Shown: piece by piece, positions 61,276 to 64,000 of the stretch
How positions within the stretch are numbered: the stretch's first letter is position 1
Layout: every line of letters starts with the position of its first letter
Source of the DNA: Candidatus Latescibacterota bacterium
GTDB taxonomy: Bacteria > Latescibacterota > UBA2968 > GCA-2709665
NCBI GenBank assembly: GCA_965226795.1
Contig: CBDDDZ010000005.1
Coordinates: 2,880,001 to 2,944,000, forward strand
Length of the DNA: 64,000 bases
Direction of reading: 5' to 3'
Notes under the pieces: model-generated
Databases searched by the model: none
What the model was told of the DNA's origin: nothing
The model's input: the letters and a program-made list of their open reading frames with translations, nothing else
Made by a program: the position numbers and the translations under genes

Positions 61276-61368
61276 GGTCGTACTCCCTTCTAAGGTGGGC
61301 ATCTGGACCCCACCATGGTGGAATGATACAGTTTCCAGTTTCTATCCACGGTTCGGCCGATTACACGC

Positions 61369-61384
61369 TGCAAAGAACGTACCC
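61369..61384 (-). promoter_or_regulatory. Sigma54 -24/-12 promoter upstream of pspA
   Basis: The minus strand reads GGGTACGTTCTTTGCA (GG-N10-GC), close to the consensus TGGCACG-N4-TTGCW. Confidence 0.75.
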
Positions 61385-61468
61385 GTATGACAAAAAAACC
61401 AGGCTGCTATTAAGTGCCAGTATTTATTAGATTTATCCCGTCCATCGAGACGGAGCTGCCAAAAGCTG

Positions 61469-61506
61469 TTGGTGAAAAACGCCATACATTAGGCGAAAAC
61501 AGCCGG
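61469..61506. promoter_or_regulatory. Tandem PspF-type upstream activating sequences
   Basis: TGGTGAAAAACGCCA and AGGCGAAAACAGCC, 21 bp apart and about 90-120 bp upstream of the -24 box. Confidence 0.55.
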
Positions 61507-61547
61507 ATTGGGCCGGCGTTGTCCACTTGTTCCCGGGCGGAGCCGAC

Positions 61548-61576
61548 TTGCCTTTTTCGGACAAATGGCGTAATAT
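61548..61576 (+). promoter_or_regulatory. Sigma70-type promoter for the amidase
   Basis: TTGCCT-N17-TAATAT. Confidence 0.45.
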
Positions 61577-61650
61577 CAGAGGTGCTCTCTCAGGAGGGCA
61601 TAACGGGTGCGGACACCGATCTATGGGAGCTTCCGAGTAGAACGAAAATT

Positions 61651-62772
61651 ATGGAATACTATCGACATTTGCGCCTGCTGTGCGCTGTACTCTGCCTGGT
61701 CATGTTGCTCGCAAGCCCCCTTTCCGGACTCTCGATGGTTTACAAGGTTCGGAAGGGCGACTCTCTGTATTCCATTGCCCGGCAGTTCGATACAAGCGTC
61801 CGGGAGATCAAGCGAATCAACAAGCTACGCACAAATAACCTCTATCCGGGGCAGGTGCTGCGGCTGGGTCCACGGATTGTCAAATATGACGCGCAGAACG
61901 GTCCGTACTACTGGCGAAAGCCAAAGGCGTCCAGGCAAAAGCACCGGAACTATTCGGAGGCCGCGCGTTCCGCCCCGAGTCTGGACTATCGGCGCGCTCA
62001 GATCCTGTTGCGCGCCTTTGACAACGAGATTCTCTCCCGGGCCCCCGGGAAGAGACGGCAGCCGCTCAAAGGCTGGCGGATTGTGCTCGACCCGGGGCAC
62101 GGGGGGATCGATCCGGGAGCGATCGTTTCCAATACCACGGGCGAGAACAGGCGGGTTTACGTCGTCGAAGATGAATATGTATACGATATTGCACTGCGAA
62201 TGTACAGGAAACTTCGACTTCTGGGCGCGGAGGTGGCATTGACGGTGATCAGTCCCAATCATCTGATTCGGGATAACGAGGTGGCCAAGGTTACATTCGT
62301 CCACGAAAAGAACGAAGTCTATAACGATGAACGGTACAACCGGAGAAATTCGGATCGGGTGCGACCCAGGAGCGCCAATCTTTCGCAGCGCGTTCGAGTT
62401 GCGAACCGCTTCTTCAAAAGAGCGCGCAGGGGCAGGAGCCTGTTTGTCTCACTGCACGCGGACAACAACCCAGGACGGTCCGAGGGACCGCTGGCGATCC
62501 ATCTGAAACGGCGGGGCAAGGTAGACAGCCGTTCCAGAACGTTCGCACGCATCATGCGTTCAGCCCTGAACCAGCCCGATTTGCCCGCGAAGGTTCAGGG
62601 ACGGAACCTCTGGGTCTTGCGAAACAACCTGGCCCACGCCGAGATTCTGGTTGAGATTCACAACGTCCACGACAAAAACGACGCCTATCGGATTCGGCAT
62701 CATAAGGACAGGGAGCGGAACGCGCAGCGGCTCGTTAACGGAATCCTTACGTATGCGAAGAAGCGCCGATGA
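61651..62772 (+). CDS. LysM plus N-acetylmuramoyl-L-alanine amidase (Amidase_3)
   Basis: Signal peptide, YKVRKGDSLYSIA (LysM), LDPGHGG, VEDE, SLHAD, ILVE. Confidence 0.92.
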   Translation: MEYYRHLRLLCAVLCLVMLLASPLSGLSMVYKVRKGDSLYSIARQFDTSVREIKRINKLRTNNLYPGQVLRLGPRIVKYDAQNGPYYWRKPKASRQKHRNYSEAARSAPSLDYRRAQILLRAFDNEILSRAPGKRRQPLKGWRIVLDPGHGGIDPGAIVSNTTGENRRVYVVEDEYVYDIALRMYRKLRLLGAEVALTVISPNHLIRDNEVAKVTFVHEKNEVYNDERYNRRNSDRVRPRSANLSQRVRVANRFFKRARRGRSLFVSLHADNNPGRSEGPLAIHLKRRGKVDSRSRTFARIMRSALNQPDLPAKVQGRNLWVLRNNLAHAEILVEIHNVHDKNDAYRIRHHKDRERNAQRLVNGILTYAKKRR

Positions 62773-62887
62773 TTTCCCGGATAAGGAGCGAGATCGACGC
62801 CTTCGCCAGGCTCCAACTCTCAGGGTTGGCATTGCTCCTGGTGCCGCGCATATTCTGGTGTGGCGGGCCGGAGAACGGCAGCCTTTC

Positions 62888-64000
62888 CTATCGCGTGAAT
62901 CCCCTGATCCGGAGTGAATTCGAGATTACCGAGACGGAACTCAGAGCCATTGCGCCGGCTGCCACCATGGGCCCGCCGAGCGGGTTGAGCAGGCCGAAAG
63001 CGGCTACCGGTATCAGCAGGATGTTGTAGACAAACGCCCACAGCAAGTTCTGGCGGATCGTGCGCATGGTCCGGCCCGATAGGCGGATCGCGGTTTCTAT
63101 TCCGGAAAGGCTGCCGGACATGAGGGTGATGTCCGCGCTTTCCATGGCGGCGGCCGTGCCGGTGCCGACGGCAATGCCAACGTCGGCGGTCGCCAGGGCA
63201 GGCGCGTCGTTGACGCCATCCCCGACCATGGCCACGCGATGACGCTCCGCTTGCAGTGCTGCGATACGTGCTGCTTTCTCTTCGGGCATTACCTCCGCAA
63301 TGACCTGGGCGATCCCCGCCTGCTCAGCGATGGCCCCGGCGGTTCTTGCGTTGTCTCCCGTGAGGAGGATGACGTTCAGGTCCAGTGACTTGAGTTCGGA
63401 AACGGCACGCACGACATCCGGCTTCAGGATGTCGGCGACGCCTATGAGACCGTCTACCTGATTGCCTGCGGCGACAAACAGAACCGTTTTTCCGCCGGCT
63501 TCAAGACGCGCCGCCTGCGCGTCCAGGTCGGTCGGTACTATAGCCCGGTTATCCATCAACCGCCGGTTGCCCAGAAGAATGGTGCGACCGGCCTTTTTTG
63601 CGCGTACGCCCTGCCCCGGCAGGGCTTCGAATTCCAGGGAATCTTCAATTGGCTGCCCCCGTTCCCGCGCCGCGTTGCGGATCGCCTCTCCGAGGGGGTG
63701 TTCGGAACCCTGTTCGACGGCCGCGGCCAACTGGAGCAGTTCCGTTTCCGTGCATGTACCGGTGGTTATGAGATCGGTAACGGCGGGGCGGCCGGTTGTG
63801 AGGGTGCCGGTTTTGTCCAGGACAATCGTGTCGAGCCGGTGGGCGTTCTCGAGGACGGCGCCGCCCTTGATGAGGATCCCCAGTTCCGCGGCCCGGCCAG
63901 TGCCGACCAGAATGGCCGTGGGTGTGGCCAGGCCGAGCGCGCACGGACATGCGATAATGAGGACCGCTACGGCGTTGAGCAGCGCGTTGGGGGCGCCCGC
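62888..64000 (-). CDS. copA: Cu(I)-type P1B ATPase, 3' part; the 5' end lies beyond the window
   Basis: Read on the minus strand: [48 protein letters not shown]. Confidence 0.92.
   Translation of the reverse strand, partial: AGAPNALLNAVAVLIIACPCALGLATPTAILVGTGRAAELGILIKGGAVLENAHRLDTIVLDKTGTLTTGRPAVTDLITTGTCTETELLQLAAAVEQGSEHPLGEAIRNAARERGQPIEDSLEFEALPGQGVRAKKAGRTILLGNRRLMDNRAIVPTDLDAQAARLEAGGKTVLFVAAGNQVDGLIGVADILKPDVVRAVSELKSLDLNVILLTGDNARTAGAIAEQAGIAQVIAEVMPEEKAARIAALQAERHRVAMVGDGVNDAPALATADVGIAVGTGTAAAMESADITLMSGSLSGIETAIRLSGRTMRTIRQNLLWAFVYNILLIPVAAFGLLNPLGGPMVAAGAMALSSVSVISNSLRIRGFTR

Noticed and set aside
61401..61420. TGGCAC box as the sigma54 promoter
   Set aside because: The GG-to-GC spacing is 9 nt rather than the required 10. 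The site at 61369-61384 fits.

Overview
A mostly GC-rich bacterial chromosome segment. The dockerin-like FxDFxxFAxxFG motifs, two GWxTD-type TPR proteins, the BatA protein and an FlgD-Ig C-terminal sorting domain suggest an FCB-group organism such as Ca. Latescibacterota (inference only). From left to right: a partial HEPN-like gene and a PD-(D/E)XK nuclease; a hicBA toxin-antitoxin pair; a topA-xerC-Ig lipoprotein-pilin-like-matrixin operon; BatA; a PTS IIA; a broken ClC gene; a GWxTD protein; RDD with vapBC; an FAH-family gene; a decayed two-gene PFOR directly upstream of an intact aceE-aceF-lpdA operon; an accessory region containing an AbiE pair between two almost only synonymously diverged copies of the lpdA 3' end, then AT-rich damaged genes and an IS630; a large lyase-like secreted protein; an aldo/keto reductase; a second GWxTD protein; a lipoprotein with many (F)xDGx repeats; ino1 and LysR; thiI; three metabolic genes; a ten-gene Psp-like cluster; a LysM amidase; and a partial copA. 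The best candidate for a new system is the Psp cluster (52.7-61.5 kb). It has a sigma54 promoter with PspF-type upstream sites ahead of pspA, a membrane-anchored winged-helix gene overlapping pspA, PspB-like and small membrane proteins, a STAS protein, an ECF sigma factor, NfeD and flotillin. It ends with a PspF-clade activator that has gained a receiver domain, lost the PspA-contact Trp, and is paired with a soluble TPR histidine kinase. All family calls come from reading motifs by eye; no searches were run.
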